The notes under the pieces were generated by a model. That model ran no database searches. It had not been told where the DNA came from and saw only the letters and a program-made list of their open reading frames with translations. 64,000 bases of DNA from Lachnospiraceae bacterium UBA1766 (GTDB lineage Bacteria; Bacillota; Clostridia; Lachnospirales; Lachnospiraceae), in assembly GCA_002314715.1 (NCBI GenBank), contig DCGY01000021.1, positions 10,458 through 74,457 on the forward strand. The letters are read 5' to 3'. A program made the translations under genes and the position numbers. Below, in pieces: positions 27,069 to 37,236 of this stretch (its first letter is position 1; every line of letters begins with the position of its first letter).

Positions 27069-29613
27069 CGTTTACACCATAAACCTTTTCTGCTACAACC
27101 AGATCCACTTCCAACATTGCATCTGCCATTTGGGGATCAAACTGCTTCCCTTTTCCTTTTTCGATCTCGCCTCGCACAATGTCCTGTGACAACGCCTTGC
27201 GATAGCTTCGATTGGAAGTCATGGCATCATATGCATCCGCAACCGCAATAATTCGGGCAAGATAAGGAATTTCTTCTCCCTTGAGTCCCTGGGGATATCC
27301 TTTCCCATCATAACGCTCATGATGATAATACGCTCCCACGGAAATATCCTCCATTTTCTTAAGCATATCCAACAGATGATATCCGATTTCGGGATGGGTC
27401 TTTATTACCGCAAACTCATCATCATCCAAACGGGAGGTCTTGTTGATAATATTGTCGGGGACACCGATTTTACCGATATCGTGAAGCAATCCGGCGATAT
27501 AAACATGGCTGACTTCGCTTTCGTTCATACCAAGTTTTCCCGCAATATCTCTGGAATACTCCGCCACTCGTATGGAGTGACCGTTGGTATATTTATCCTT
27601 GGCATCGATGGTACCGACCAACGTTTTAATTACATCCATGGAAAATTCACGTTCATCCTCAAACATTCTCTGGATACGTGCCGCCATTTCATTGACTCCG
27701 TTGGCAATAACCCCCATCTCATCATTGGGAATCTTTGAAATACGCGCCGAGAAGTCACCCTCCGCAATCTTCTCCACAGCCTCTCTCGTCTTATAAATAT
27801 TTCGACTCAGTCTTTTGGTAATCACTACCAAAATAAAGAATAGGGCAAAAAATAGCAGAACTCCGAATAAGACGGAAATCAGTATTGCGCCTTTGATGGT
27901 ATCCTTTGCCGCATTCAAACCGCCATATACCTCTGCATAGCCTATCCGTTCTCCCTGTTGGTTTTTCAGCTCCACCAGTAGGGTAATCAACGAATAACCG
28001 GCCGTACTGCGCTCTACTTCATAAATACCGGAATGATTGATTTCACTGTCTCTCAATAAGTTCTCATCAATATAACGAAAAGCCTGAAAATGCCTTTCCT
28101 CCACGGAGCTCCATACCAGTCTTCGGGCGATTCCGTCCTTTGGCATGGCGTATATGGACAAGGAATAGTACGTGGGAAGATTGGCCGCCTTCACCATGCA
28201 TCCGGAGATATAATCCGCCAGTTTCTGTCCTTTTTCGCCCACCAAATCATCGTAGGTATCCATGCTTTCCAGCAATTCCCCATCGATTCCCTGCGCAACC
28301 ACATGTCCCAGAAACGCATACTCTGTTCGGGCCAGATCCTGATAATTCTCATAAATCGTGGAAAGTGTATACCATTCCAGAAAACCTACAATAAGAAGAA
28401 CCGGCGGAATAATGCTTAGCATCATTCGACCTCTCATGGTTATTTTCCAATGCATGGCAACTCCGCATAGGAAAAAGAGGAGAAGCACTGCAGCCACCGC
28501 ATAACACCAAAGACTGTTTCGACGCCACCACATGACGATAGCCAGACCGGTTTCGTAAGAAAGATTGTCTCCCTCTATCATCTGATATTGACTGCCGTCT
28601 GTGGTATAAATCAAATCATTATTTACACCAAATACCATGTTGCCACCATTTGTATTCAGAGAATAAATTTGATAATCCGTTAGATTTTCCGGCAGTTTCA
28701 CTTGTTCGCCATACATTTGGTCTGTGGAAAACGCCGTGGTAAATTCCCCATTGTCAATACGAACAATTTCATTTATTTTGTATTTATTCACAACATAAGT
28801 CTGATTTTGGAAATTCACCGCTCTTCCGTTCAGAAAATTGTTTTCCGTATCGTCCTTCAAATGAAATTCCTGCCGATAAAGCTGACGGGAGGTTCCATCC
28901 ACGGAAAACAGAAGCGTTTCTCCGGAAGCCAGGGCTACCAAAGCATTCAAATCATCCCGGACATACACGGAAGTATATTGAGAAAAAGGCCAGGAAGCAT
29001 ATTGTGCTTCCTGCTTGCTTTCACCCGAAGTCAAATCATATGCCCACAGTTGGCAGACATCCTGTCTCACAAAATAAAGTTTGTCACCTATCAGGCGAAA
29101 GCCCTTTACATCCTTCTCTTCCCGATTGCCGGGCAGAATCCGGGAACTTCCCAAAAACTCCCCTTTTTCGTCATACTCCATGAGCAGAAATCCGCTTGGT
29201 GTTGACCCATAAGTAGATACATACACACAGTGATAGGTATGATTATCCCGGTTCATAAACATTCCCAGACTGGCTATCGTTTCAACATCGTATCCTACAA
29301 AATGAAACATGTCCCGAAGCGCATACTGTCTGGTTATTTTGGAAGAAGTCACATCCACAAAGGACAGGGATCGAAAGGCGTCATAAACCACCGCCTTTGT
29401 TTCCTCCTCATTGATACAACCATCCAGGACGGTAATAATCTCCCGCGTATCCCATTCCATTCTATATGCATAATAATCCAGGTATGTCATTCCAATCTCG
29501 AGGCACAAGATCAGCAAAACAACAATACCGAAACCAATTCCGATTTTCCTTTTCATCTTTCGTACCACTTTCCAAACGTCTGTTTCTGTATTCTTCTTCG
29601 TCAAATTCTTCAA
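27046..29613 (-). CDS. Membrane sensor HAMP + HD-GYP cyclic-dinucleotide phosphodiesterase
   Basis: Several TM segments and extracytoplasmic regions, HAMP (GDFSARI..DEMG.IA..VNEM), YTNGHS.RVA, LLHDIGK, HHERYDGKGYP, AVADAYDAMTSNRSYR. Confidence 0.92.
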   Translation of the reverse strand: MKNLTKKNTETDVWKVVRKMKRKIGIGFGIVVLLILCLEIGMTYLDYYAYRMEWDTREIITVLDGCINEEETKAVVYDAFRSLSFVDVTSSKITRQYALRDMFHFVGYDVETIASLGMFMNRDNHTYHCVYVSTYGSTPSGFLLMEYDEKGEFLGSSRILPGNREEKDVKGFRLIGDKLYFVRQDVCQLWAYDLTSGESKQEAQYASWPFSQYTSVYVRDDLNALVALASGETLLFSVDGTSRQLYRQEFHLKDDTENNFLNGRAVNFQNQTYVVNKYKINEIVRIDNGEFTTAFSTDQMYGEQVKLPENLTDYQIYSLNTNGGNMVFGVNNDLIYTTDGSQYQMIEGDNLSYETGLAIVMWWRRNSLWCYAVAAVLLLFFLCGVAMHWKITMRGRMMLSIIPPVLLIVGFLEWYTLSTIYENYQDLARTEYAFLGHVVAQGIDGELLESMDTYDDLVGEKGQKLADYISGCMVKAANLPTYYSLSIYAMPKDGIARRLVWSSVEERHFQAFRYIDENLLRDSEINHSGIYEVERSTAGYSLITLLVELKNQQGERIGYAEVYGGLNAAKDTIKGAILISVLFGVLLFFALFFILVVITKRLSRNIYKTREAVEKIAEGDFSARISKIPNDEMGVIANGVNEMAARIQRMFEDEREFSMDVIKTLVGTIDAKDKYTNGHSIRVAEYSRDIAGKLGMNESEVSHVYIAGLLHDIGKIGVPDNIINKTSRLDDDEFAVIKTHPEIGYHLLDMLKKMEDISVGAYYHHERYDGKGYPQGLKGEEIPYLARIIAVADAYDAMTSNRSYRKALSQDIVRGEIEKGKGKQFDPQMADAMLEVDLVVAEKVYGVNDDENNSI

Positions 29614-29793
29614 ATGGTAATTCTTCGGCCATTTTATTCTACTTACTATTTTAGTGATTCGCGGTCAGAAATCAATAGCTATTCCTTAATTTTGTCTTAG
29701 GAATCTCCTTTTTCGGATGACACTCACAAAATACCTATGCTATAATAACTTAGATTATTTTCCCGAATATTATGTGGATTGTGAGAGAACCAA

Positions 29794-32277
29794 ATGAGCC
29801 AATACAACTTTTACATGGAAAAATACCGATTGGATTTGTATACAGAAAATATGCTGGTGGTACGAGGCTGGTATCGGGACGACAACCCGGATGGCCATGT
29901 GCTCCGATTTACCCTGGACGGACATGAGCTTCCCTATGAACGGGAAATCAAAAACGGCGTGCGAATCCGCCAGAAATATCTGCAGTACCGCTCCGGCATC
30001 AGCGAAGAAATCATATGTCGCATTCCTTTGCCCGAGGGTTGGAAAAATGCCCGAAAAATCGCCATTATCGACTGCGATGGGGACAAGGAGGACCACTTGA
30101 CATCCATTCCCGTCGGAGAATTGAAAAAAGACGAGAACCGGGTTCACTACTATCTGGAGCGCCGCTGGGTATCCGATAACACCGTTCACATTGTGGGCTG
30201 GGTCATGGGACCGGAGGCAGTGGAAATCACCGTTTTGGACAAGTCCGGAAAGCCCGTTTCGGCCAAAATCACCCGCACCTATCGTCGGGATGTTATGGAC
30301 GAATACGATGAAGTGGTTTTAGAGGAAGAAAATGACGTACCGGTATACGAAGGGAATGAGACCGGCGCCCTGGAAGCAGGCTTTCAGGTGGATTTTCCGG
30401 CAGACAGTACCGATGCCTTCCGGGTACACTTTTCGTGCATGAATCTGGAGAATGATTTTGTTTCCAGCGTGGCATCCATCCGCAATCACCGTCAGGAGCT
30501 GAATGCACTTCAGAAATTTATGACCTATACCAAGCGGGAAGGTTTCAAAAATACCTGTCGCCGCGTGATGCGAAGAGTAAAGCGGGCCCGACACAAAAAC
30601 AATTATGCCGCATGGCGCAGAAAATACCGCGTCACCCAAAAAGAACTGGACCGTCAGCGTCAGGAGGTATTCGAAAACCCTGTGGTGTTCAGCATCGTCA
30701 TTCCCATGTACCGTACCAAGGATATTTACCTAAAGGAGTTGATTGAATCCGTCCTGAATCAGACCTATCCCCATTGGGAGCTTTGTCTGGCAGACGGAAG
30801 CGGAAAAGACCACTCCCTGGAAAAGAAGGTGGCGGAATACGGTCATGGAGACAAGCGTATTCGCTATACCCTGCTCTCCCAAAATCTGGGCATTGCGGAC
30901 AATACCAACGCCGCCATTGCCATGGCTACCGGAGATTATGTGGTTCTTTCGGATCACGATGATTTATTGACTCCCGATGCGTTGTACGAATGTGCTTCTT
31001 CTATTCGCGCAAATTCTGACATTGATGTCATATATACAGATGAAGACAAAATCGACATGTCCGGAAAAACCTATTTTGAGCCAAACTTTAAGCCCGATTT
31101 TAATTTAGATTATCTCCAAAGCTTAAATTATATCTGCCATATGTTTGTGGTAAAAAGATCTCTTTTGGATGTGACCGGTTTGGAGGATGCGGCCTTTGAC
31201 GGTGCCCAGGATTACGACTTTATATTGCGGTGCTGCGAACAGGCCAAGCAAATTCACCACATCCCAAAGATTTTATACCATTGGCGCTGTCATATCGACT
31301 CCACCGCTGCCAATCCGGAAAGTAAGCTTTATGCCTTTGAGGCAGGACGCAGAGCCCTGGAGGCCCATTTTAAGCGCATCGGTGTACCGGCCAGCGTAGA
31401 AAACAGCAGCTTTTACGGCATGTATCACGTAACCTATCATTGGGAAGAAAGTCCTTTGATTTCCATCATCATTCCCAACAAGGACCATATTGATGATTTA
31501 AAGAAATGTATTGATTCCATCGAGGAAAAATCCTTTTATCGGAATTTTGAATTTATCATTGTAGAGAATAACAGTACGGATCCGGAGACCTTTGCCTACT
31601 ATAAGGAGCTGGAGCAGCGTCCCAACATTACCGTAGCTTATTACAAAGGTGGCTTTAATTTCTCCCGTATCAATAATTTCGGCGAGCAGTATGCCCACGG
31701 AGACTACCTGCTCTTATTAAACAACGACACCGAAATATGCGGTGGAGAATGCCTGCAGGAAATGCTTCATGTCTGCATGCGTCCCGATGTAGGTGCGGTA
31801 GGCGCCAAGCTGTGCTACGAAGACGACACAATACAGCACGCAGGAGTGGTGCTTGGCTTTGGCGGTATCGCCGGACATACCTTTATCGGAGCCTCCCGTT
31901 ATGATACCGGCTATATGAATCGAATTTTATGTGTACAGGATTATTCGGCAGTGACTGCTGCCTGTCTGATGGTAAAGAGAAACCTTTACAAAGAAGTGGG
32001 TGGCCTTACCGAGACCTTTGAGGTGGCCTTTAACGATATCGACTTTTGCCTTAAGATTCGTTCCCTGGATAAGTTAGTGGTTTACACGCCCTTTGCAGAG
32101 CTTCACCACTACGAATCCAAGTCCCGCGGATATGAAGATACCCCCGAAAAAGTACGTCGTTTCAACGGGGAAATAGCGAAATTCCAGGACCGTTGGCACG
32201 AGCTCCTTAAAGCGGGGGATCCTTATTACAATCCAAACTTAAGTCTGGACTGTTCCGATTTTTCATTAAAAGAATAA
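29794..32277 (+). CDS. Bifunctional (tandem GT2) glycosyltransferase
   Basis: Domain 1: SIVIPMY..SDHDD..GAQDYD..LYHWR. Domain 2: SIIIPNKD..LLLNNDT..SAVTAACL..FNDIDFC..HYESKSRG. Confidence 0.93.
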   Translation: MSQYNFYMEKYRLDLYTENMLVVRGWYRDDNPDGHVLRFTLDGHELPYEREIKNGVRIRQKYLQYRSGISEEIICRIPLPEGWKNARKIAIIDCDGDKEDHLTSIPVGELKKDENRVHYYLERRWVSDNTVHIVGWVMGPEAVEITVLDKSGKPVSAKITRTYRRDVMDEYDEVVLEEENDVPVYEGNETGALEAGFQVDFPADSTDAFRVHFSCMNLENDFVSSVASIRNHRQELNALQKFMTYTKREGFKNTCRRVMRRVKRARHKNNYAAWRRKYRVTQKELDRQRQEVFENPVVFSIVIPMYRTKDIYLKELIESVLNQTYPHWELCLADGSGKDHSLEKKVAEYGHGDKRIRYTLLSQNLGIADNTNAAIAMATGDYVVLSDHDDLLTPDALYECASSIRANSDIDVIYTDEDKIDMSGKTYFEPNFKPDFNLDYLQSLNYICHMFVVKRSLLDVTGLEDAAFDGAQDYDFILRCCEQAKQIHHIPKILYHWRCHIDSTAANPESKLYAFEAGRRALEAHFKRIGVPASVENSSFYGMYHVTYHWEESPLISIIIPNKDHIDDLKKCIDSIEEKSFYRNFEFIIVENNSTDPETFAYYKELEQRPNITVAYYKGGFNFSRINNFGEQYAHGDYLLLLNNDTEICGGECLQEMLHVCMRPDVGAVGAKLCYEDDTIQHAGVVLGFGGIAGHTFIGASRYDTGYMNRILCVQDYSAVTAACLMVKRNLYKEVGGLTETFEVAFNDIDFCLKIRSLDKLVVYTPFAELHHYESKSRGYEDTPEKVRRFNGEIAKFQDRWHELLKAGDPYYNPNLSLDCSDFSLKE

Positions 32278-34308
32278 TTTACACATTGCCTGCGCCGTAG
32301 CGACGGGCACACGGGAGACCTCCATTTTGACGGTTACCGTGTTCACTGCTTCCTTGGGAAGCTTGTTTAATAAAAGATTCAGATTGGGATCTGCCGTTGG
32401 GAATACCAGGGTGGATCCTTTTCCTATTTTGCCGTTTAATCGAACATGCAAAAGATTCAGGGGAATATTCTTTCCGTTAAAGGTTAATTCCTCCACCCTC
32501 ACAATGCAACTGTCAAAGGCCGGATCGATACGGAGCTTCTGTACATCCGAAGAAACCTGAAGTGTCATGTCAATGTGGTGGTCATCCACATAGGCATCCG
32601 GTACCAGATAGGATTCCTCCTCATGGTATCCGTTTCCCCGATCCTCATAAATCTGGACCCGGTTGACCCGTTCATTTTCACGAAACTTCTCCAGCCACTG
32701 CTTGGGATCCGTCATAGGATGACCGATTGCCTCACGCATCTGGGCCATGGACAGGCGCTTTCCGGTAACCATTTTCTGGAAGTCTCTTTCCTGCTCCCGG
32801 AAGTTTTCCGCATCCTGCTGAGTAATCTGAAGTACGTCCAGAATACGGTCCAGTTCCAGCTGATTTCGACTTTCATCCTCCAAAATATAACAGTACACCG
32901 CACGGAAGGCCAGCTCCCTGGTGTCAATGGGTTTTCCGAAGGTCCACTCATAATCAATCAAGGTCCAGGTATCCTCATCCACCAAAATATTGGCGAAAAT
33001 CAAGTCAAAATCCGATACGGGATATTCCCTGTTGAATCCGATACGTTCCACGTATTCTTTAAAATACCCGTGAAACTTTTCCATATCCTTTTTCTCCAGG
33101 CAACGATCTAACAGTTCCTGCAACGGTTTCCCGGGAACAAACTCAAACTCCGCGTATAAGTCTTCCCCCTCTTCTACCAGCTTACAGGTATTGATGGAAA
33201 GCTTACCTTCCTTGTAACGTTCCCGAAGGCCCTGATAAGCGCTTTCCATTCCGCGCACATGCTCTTTCGCATCCGGACCCATCGGATATTTTCGAACGAC
33301 CCGCTTGCCCTCTTCATTGTATCCAATCTGGGTACGAATCCTATATTCCTTGGCACGGTCATTGGAGTACTTTACATATTCCACGTCGAAATCCTTGCCC
33401 AGTACCGCAATATAGCTGTTTGCGAACACGGAAAACAATTGATCCTCCGAAATGCCGTCATACGCATTTTTCTCATCAAACAAAAGCATTCTGTCCCGGT
33501 CAAAATTACGGAAGTTATCGGTCAGCTCCCCTTTCTTGGGTAAATGCTTATCGCTGTAAAGGGTATGCATAAACTTATAATCCGGATAGGGATAATAGAA
33601 ATGAGACTCCTTCACCCCACAGGCGTCAAAAATACGTTCCAGACCCTGTCGGCTGAAGGTTCGCACGCCACCTCCGGTGGTATAGTTCTCAATGCCTGTG
33701 AAAAATTTGCCCACATGATCTTCTCTGCAGCCTGCAAAATATTTCAGACCGTACTTATTCTCAATGGCAATGATCATTCGTCCCTTGTCCGACAAATGAG
33801 CCATCAATATTTTCAGAAAATCCTCGTAAGGCGTATCTCCGCCGATATATCCCTGACCATATTCGAATACTCCAATAAGGCAGATATAATCAAAATCCTT
33901 AGGCAAATCCGGCTCGATATCCTTGAAATTGCCCACATGGATGGTGACATTTTCACAATCTCCGTGACGATAGGCATTAATGGTACTTCTCTTGGAAGAA
34001 AGGTCCACACAGGTTACACTTTCGGCTTTTCGGGCCAAAGCACCGGTAATGGCGCCGCAGCCGCTGCCCACCTCCAAAACCTTATCCGCCTTGGTCATGG
34101 GAATCCAGTCCACAATATTCTCACGCAGGGGTGATAAATGATACAGAATGGGCCAGCTCTTTCGCTCCTCTATTGCCGCCTGATATTCCAACGGATTTAA
34201 ATTTTTCGCTATATCCAGCATTTCCTCTTCCACAGCGCCGTCGCTGTAAAAGTCTTCGCCGGGATATTTACTGTAATCCAGTTTAATCTTTCCAATCTGA
34301 TTAAGCAT
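32266..34308 (-). CDS. Class I SAM methyltransferase fused to a kinase-like domain
   Basis: VLEVGSGCGA SAM motif; middle region VRKY..EFVPG..DLIFANILV..LIDYEW resembles the choline/aminoglycoside kinase fold; beta-rich C-terminus. Confidence 0.8.
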   Translation of the reverse strand: MLNQIGKIKLDYSKYPGEDFYSDGAVEEEMLDIAKNLNPLEYQAAIEERKSWPILYHLSPLRENIVDWIPMTKADKVLEVGSGCGAITGALARKAESVTCVDLSSKRSTINAYRHGDCENVTIHVGNFKDIEPDLPKDFDYICLIGVFEYGQGYIGGDTPYEDFLKILMAHLSDKGRMIIAIENKYGLKYFAGCREDHVGKFFTGIENYTTGGGVRTFSRQGLERIFDACGVKESHFYYPYPDYKFMHTLYSDKHLPKKGELTDNFRNFDRDRMLLFDEKNAYDGISEDQLFSVFANSYIAVLGKDFDVEYVKYSNDRAKEYRIRTQIGYNEEGKRVVRKYPMGPDAKEHVRGMESAYQGLRERYKEGKLSINTCKLVEEGEDLYAEFEFVPGKPLQELLDRCLEKKDMEKFHGYFKEYVERIGFNREYPVSDFDLIFANILVDEDTWTLIDYEWTFGKPIDTRELAFRAVYCYILEDESRNQLELDRILDVLQITQQDAENFREQERDFQKMVTGKRLSMAQMREAIGHPMTDPKQWLEKFRENERVNRVQIYEDRGNGYHEEESYLVPDAYVDDHHIDMTLQVSSDVQKLRIDPAFDSCIVRVEELTFNGKNIPLNLLHVRLNGKIGKGSTLVFPTADPNLNLLLNKLPKEAVNTVTVKMEVSRVPVATAQAMCKLFF

Positions 34309-35578
34309 TTACATCCCTCACCATTACTTTCGAGTTCATATCATAATAACCTACTGTGTTCTTGTCCGAAACCACAGTGATATTTAGCGCATCGTACAAA
34401 CGATGATATACCTCAAAATTGTCACCGTTATAGCCGGTAACGCCCATGGAAATCAGGTATTCTCCGCCCTGAAGACTCATATTCTGGGTAAACGTGATTT
34501 CCTTTTCCTCTCCGGGTTTTGCGCTCTCCAGGAAGGCCTTCTCAATCATGGAATTGGTACCGGTAATCTCCGTACCGATTACATTTTTTACCGAAAAAGC
34601 AAAGATGGGCGCCGGTATGGGATTGATAAATTTCACTCTCATGTGAAGGGTGAACTCGCTTCCCTTTAAGATGGCGGAGGTCTTTACACCTCGGTCATCG
34701 GTCACGTAATATTCCATAATCCGGGCATCTCCGGAACCATATTCCAGGGCATCCGCATTCACACCCTGGGCCTGCTCCTTTGGCTTCGCCTCGGTAGCGT
34801 TTAAGTCGTTTTCTGCCTCTTCCCCGTCGGGGAAATCATACTGTCCCACCAGAACCCGCTTATACGCATCAATCATATCTTTGGGAGAACCTTCTCCCAA
34901 AAGCTTTCCCTTATTTAAAAGGAATACCCTGTCACAGTACTTACTGATACTACTTAAATCATGGCTGACAAAGACAATGGTTTTGCCCATTTCCTTGAAT
35001 TCTTCAAACTTGTGATAGCACTTTGCCTGGAAAAATACATCTCCTACGGAAAGCGCTTCGTCCACAATCAGAATCTCCGGCTCAATATTAATGGCTACCG
35101 CAAAAGCCAGTCGCACAAACATACCGCTGGAATAGGTTTTCACCGGCTGATAAACATAATCCCCGATATCCGCAAATTCCAAAATCGCGGGAAGCTTGGC
35201 TTCGATTTCTTTCTCGCTAAAGCCCATCATGGTACCGTTTAAATATATATTTTCGATACCGTTATATTCCTGATTAAAGCCTGCACCCAACTCCAAAAGA
35301 GCCGAGATTCGTCCGTTTACGTTCACCTGTCCGGAAGTAGGTGTCAGGACACCGGTAATAATCTTCAGAATGGTAGACTTACCGGAGCCGTTGGTACCGA
35401 TAATACCCACTGTTTCTCCGCGATATATATTTAAGTTTACATCGTTTAGTGCATAGTGAAGCTTGTACACCTTTTTGCCGATGCCGAATGCTTCCTTCAT
35501 ACGGTCGCGCAAACGATCGTACAACTTGTAAACCTTATTGACATTTTTGACTTCTATTGCAATTTCTCTCGTTTCCAT
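34301..35578 (-). CDS. wzt: Polysaccharide ABC exporter ATPase with C-terminal Wzt_C domain
   Basis: GTNGSGKST, ALLELGAGF, YSSGMFVRLAF, IVDEALSVGD; ~150-aa extension (YGSGDARI..GGEYLIS). Confidence 0.93.
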   Translation of the reverse strand: METREIAIEVKNVNKVYKLYDRLRDRMKEAFGIGKKVYKLHYALNDVNLNIYRGETVGIIGTNGSGKSTILKIITGVLTPTSGQVNVNGRISALLELGAGFNQEYNGIENIYLNGTMMGFSEKEIEAKLPAILEFADIGDYVYQPVKTYSSGMFVRLAFAVAINIEPEILIVDEALSVGDVFFQAKCYHKFEEFKEMGKTIVFVSHDLSSISKYCDRVFLLNKGKLLGEGSPKDMIDAYKRVLVGQYDFPDGEEAENDLNATEAKPKEQAQGVNADALEYGSGDARIMEYYVTDDRGVKTSAILKGSEFTLHMRVKFINPIPAPIFAFSVKNVIGTEITGTNSMIEKAFLESAKPGEEKEITFTQNMSLQGGEYLISMGVTGYNGDNFEVYHRLYDALNITVVSDKNTVGYYDMNSKVMVRDVNA

Positions 35579-35612
35579 TGGAGTCTCTCCTGAATTTCAC
35601 AGATTTACCGTA

Positions 35613-36596
35613 TTATAAAACATCTGCAAAATGCACTTTTAATCGTTTAAAAATCATTGCACCGATTCCAAAGAGTACCATCGTGGCAATCCAGAAATAC
35701 ATGGTGGAAAAGAAATTTTGGAAAAACCATTCCTGTTTGTAAATGGAACTTCGATAGCCGTTTACAATATACACCAGGGGATTAATCTTCAAAATAGTGG
35801 TCCACTTTCCGCTTAGGGTATTGATATCCCAAAGCACGGGAGTCGCCCACATACCAATTTGGAGAATAATATTAATAATCTGTGTTAAATCCTTAAAAAA
35901 CACAACAATCGCACAGGTGGAATAACTAAGCGCCAGTACGAAAATAAACAAACAAAAACTGTAGTAAAAAATCTGCAGAGTATAGAGACTTGGATAGTAT
36001 CCGTACAATGCCGCAACCACCAATAAAATCAATACAAAGAACGCATGCACGAAGGTGGCCGCAATAATCTTGATAATGGGTAAAATACTGATTTTAAATA
36101 CCACCTTTTTTACCAGGTAGTCATACTCGCGAAGTGCGTTGGTACCATTATTCCAAGCCTCGCTGAAGAAAAACCAGGGCACCAGGCCCGCGGTCAAAAA
36201 CAGCACAAAGGGTGCTTCCTCCGTACGAGAGGCAGCACCTCCTAAGATGCGGTCAAATACAATGTAATACATACCAACCGTAACCACCGGCTGAACCAGC
36301 GCCCACAAAGCACCCATATAGGAGCCTGCATAGCGCTTCTTAAAATCATTTTTTGCAAGCTTCCAAATCAGATGTCTGCTCTGATACAGTTCTCCGATCA
36401 ATCCGGTTACACGGTCATACCATTTGATAAATGCACCTGTAGCCACGAAAATCAGCCCACATGTCAGTATTTTTTTGATGAACTCCTCCTGCTGATTCAC
36501 ATCGGGAGCTGTATTATTGTGAAATATTATGATTGCCACCACGATAATCGCACATACTACGAAAATCCCAATGTTACGTGTCTTTGATGCCTTCAT
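35613..36596 (-). CDS. wzm: Polysaccharide ABC exporter permease with N-terminal extension
   Basis: DFKKRYAGSYMG.LW..VQP, GLVPWFFF, LVKKVVF, WATPVLW, NPL..IV.GYR, HFADVL. Confidence 0.93.
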   Translation of the reverse strand: MKASKTRNIGIFVVCAIIVVAIIIFHNNTAPDVNQQEEFIKKILTCGLIFVATGAFIKWYDRVTGLIGELYQSRHLIWKLAKNDFKKRYAGSYMGALWALVQPVVTVGMYYIVFDRILGGAASRTEEAPFVLFLTAGLVPWFFFSEAWNNGTNALREYDYLVKKVVFKISILPIIKIIAATFVHAFFVLILLVVAALYGYYPSLYTLQIFYYSFCLFIFVLALSYSTCAIVVFFKDLTQIINIILQIGMWATPVLWDINTLSGKWTTILKINPLVYIVNGYRSSIYKQEWFFQNFFSTMYFWIATMVLFGIGAMIFKRLKVHFADVL

Positions 36597-36597
36597 A

Positions 36598-37164
36598 TTA
36601 GTTCAAGCCCTTTTCCTTTTTATATCCTACAAAGCTTAACTGCTGCTTGTCCTTTTCAGACAATAAAAGCTCCATATCGGGGGTGGTAGGCCACTCTACC
36701 GCAATGTCGGGGTCGTTGTACATAATTCCGCCCTCATCGCCGGGATGATAGAAATCACTGCACTTGTAGCAGAACTCGGCATAATCGGAAAGCACCAAAA
36801 ATCCATGTGCAAATCCCTTGGGTACAAAGAACTGCTTTTTATTCTCCTCGGAAAGTAAAACACCCTTCCACCGGCCGAAGGTTTTGGAGCCCTCTCTTAA
36901 GTCAACGGCAACGTCAAATACTTCCCCCTTAATCACGCGAACCAGTTTATCCTGGGGATACTGCCACTGGAAATGCAATCCGCGAAGGACACCCTTCTTG
37001 GATGCAGACTGATTATCCTGTACGAATTCTACATCAATTCCTGCTTCCTTAAAATCGTTGTAATTATAGGTCTCCATGAAGTATCCTCTGTGATCTCCGT
37101 GAACCGTGGGGGTAATCACCTTTAATCCTTCAATTTCACATGTTTCTACTGTAATCTGTCCCAT
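36598..37164 (-). CDS. rmlC: dTDP-4-dehydrorhamnose 3,5-epimerase
   Basis: GDHRGYFMETY, FVQDNQS.S.KGVLRGLHFQ, VFDVAVDLR, GFAHGF. Confidence 0.97.
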   Translation of the reverse strand: MGQITVETCEIEGLKVITPTVHGDHRGYFMETYNYNDFKEAGIDVEFVQDNQSASKKGVLRGLHFQWQYPQDKLVRVIKGEVFDVAVDLREGSKTFGRWKGVLLSEENKKQFFVPKGFAHGFLVLSDYAEFCYKCSDFYHPGDEGGIMYNDPDIAVEWPTTPDMELLLSEKDKQQLSFVGYKKEKGLN

Positions 37165-37236
37165 TTTTTTCTCTCACATTTCGTTTTTTATTATCAATCA
37201 TACGGTAGGGAACCATGAAGCGAATATTTGTCGCCC

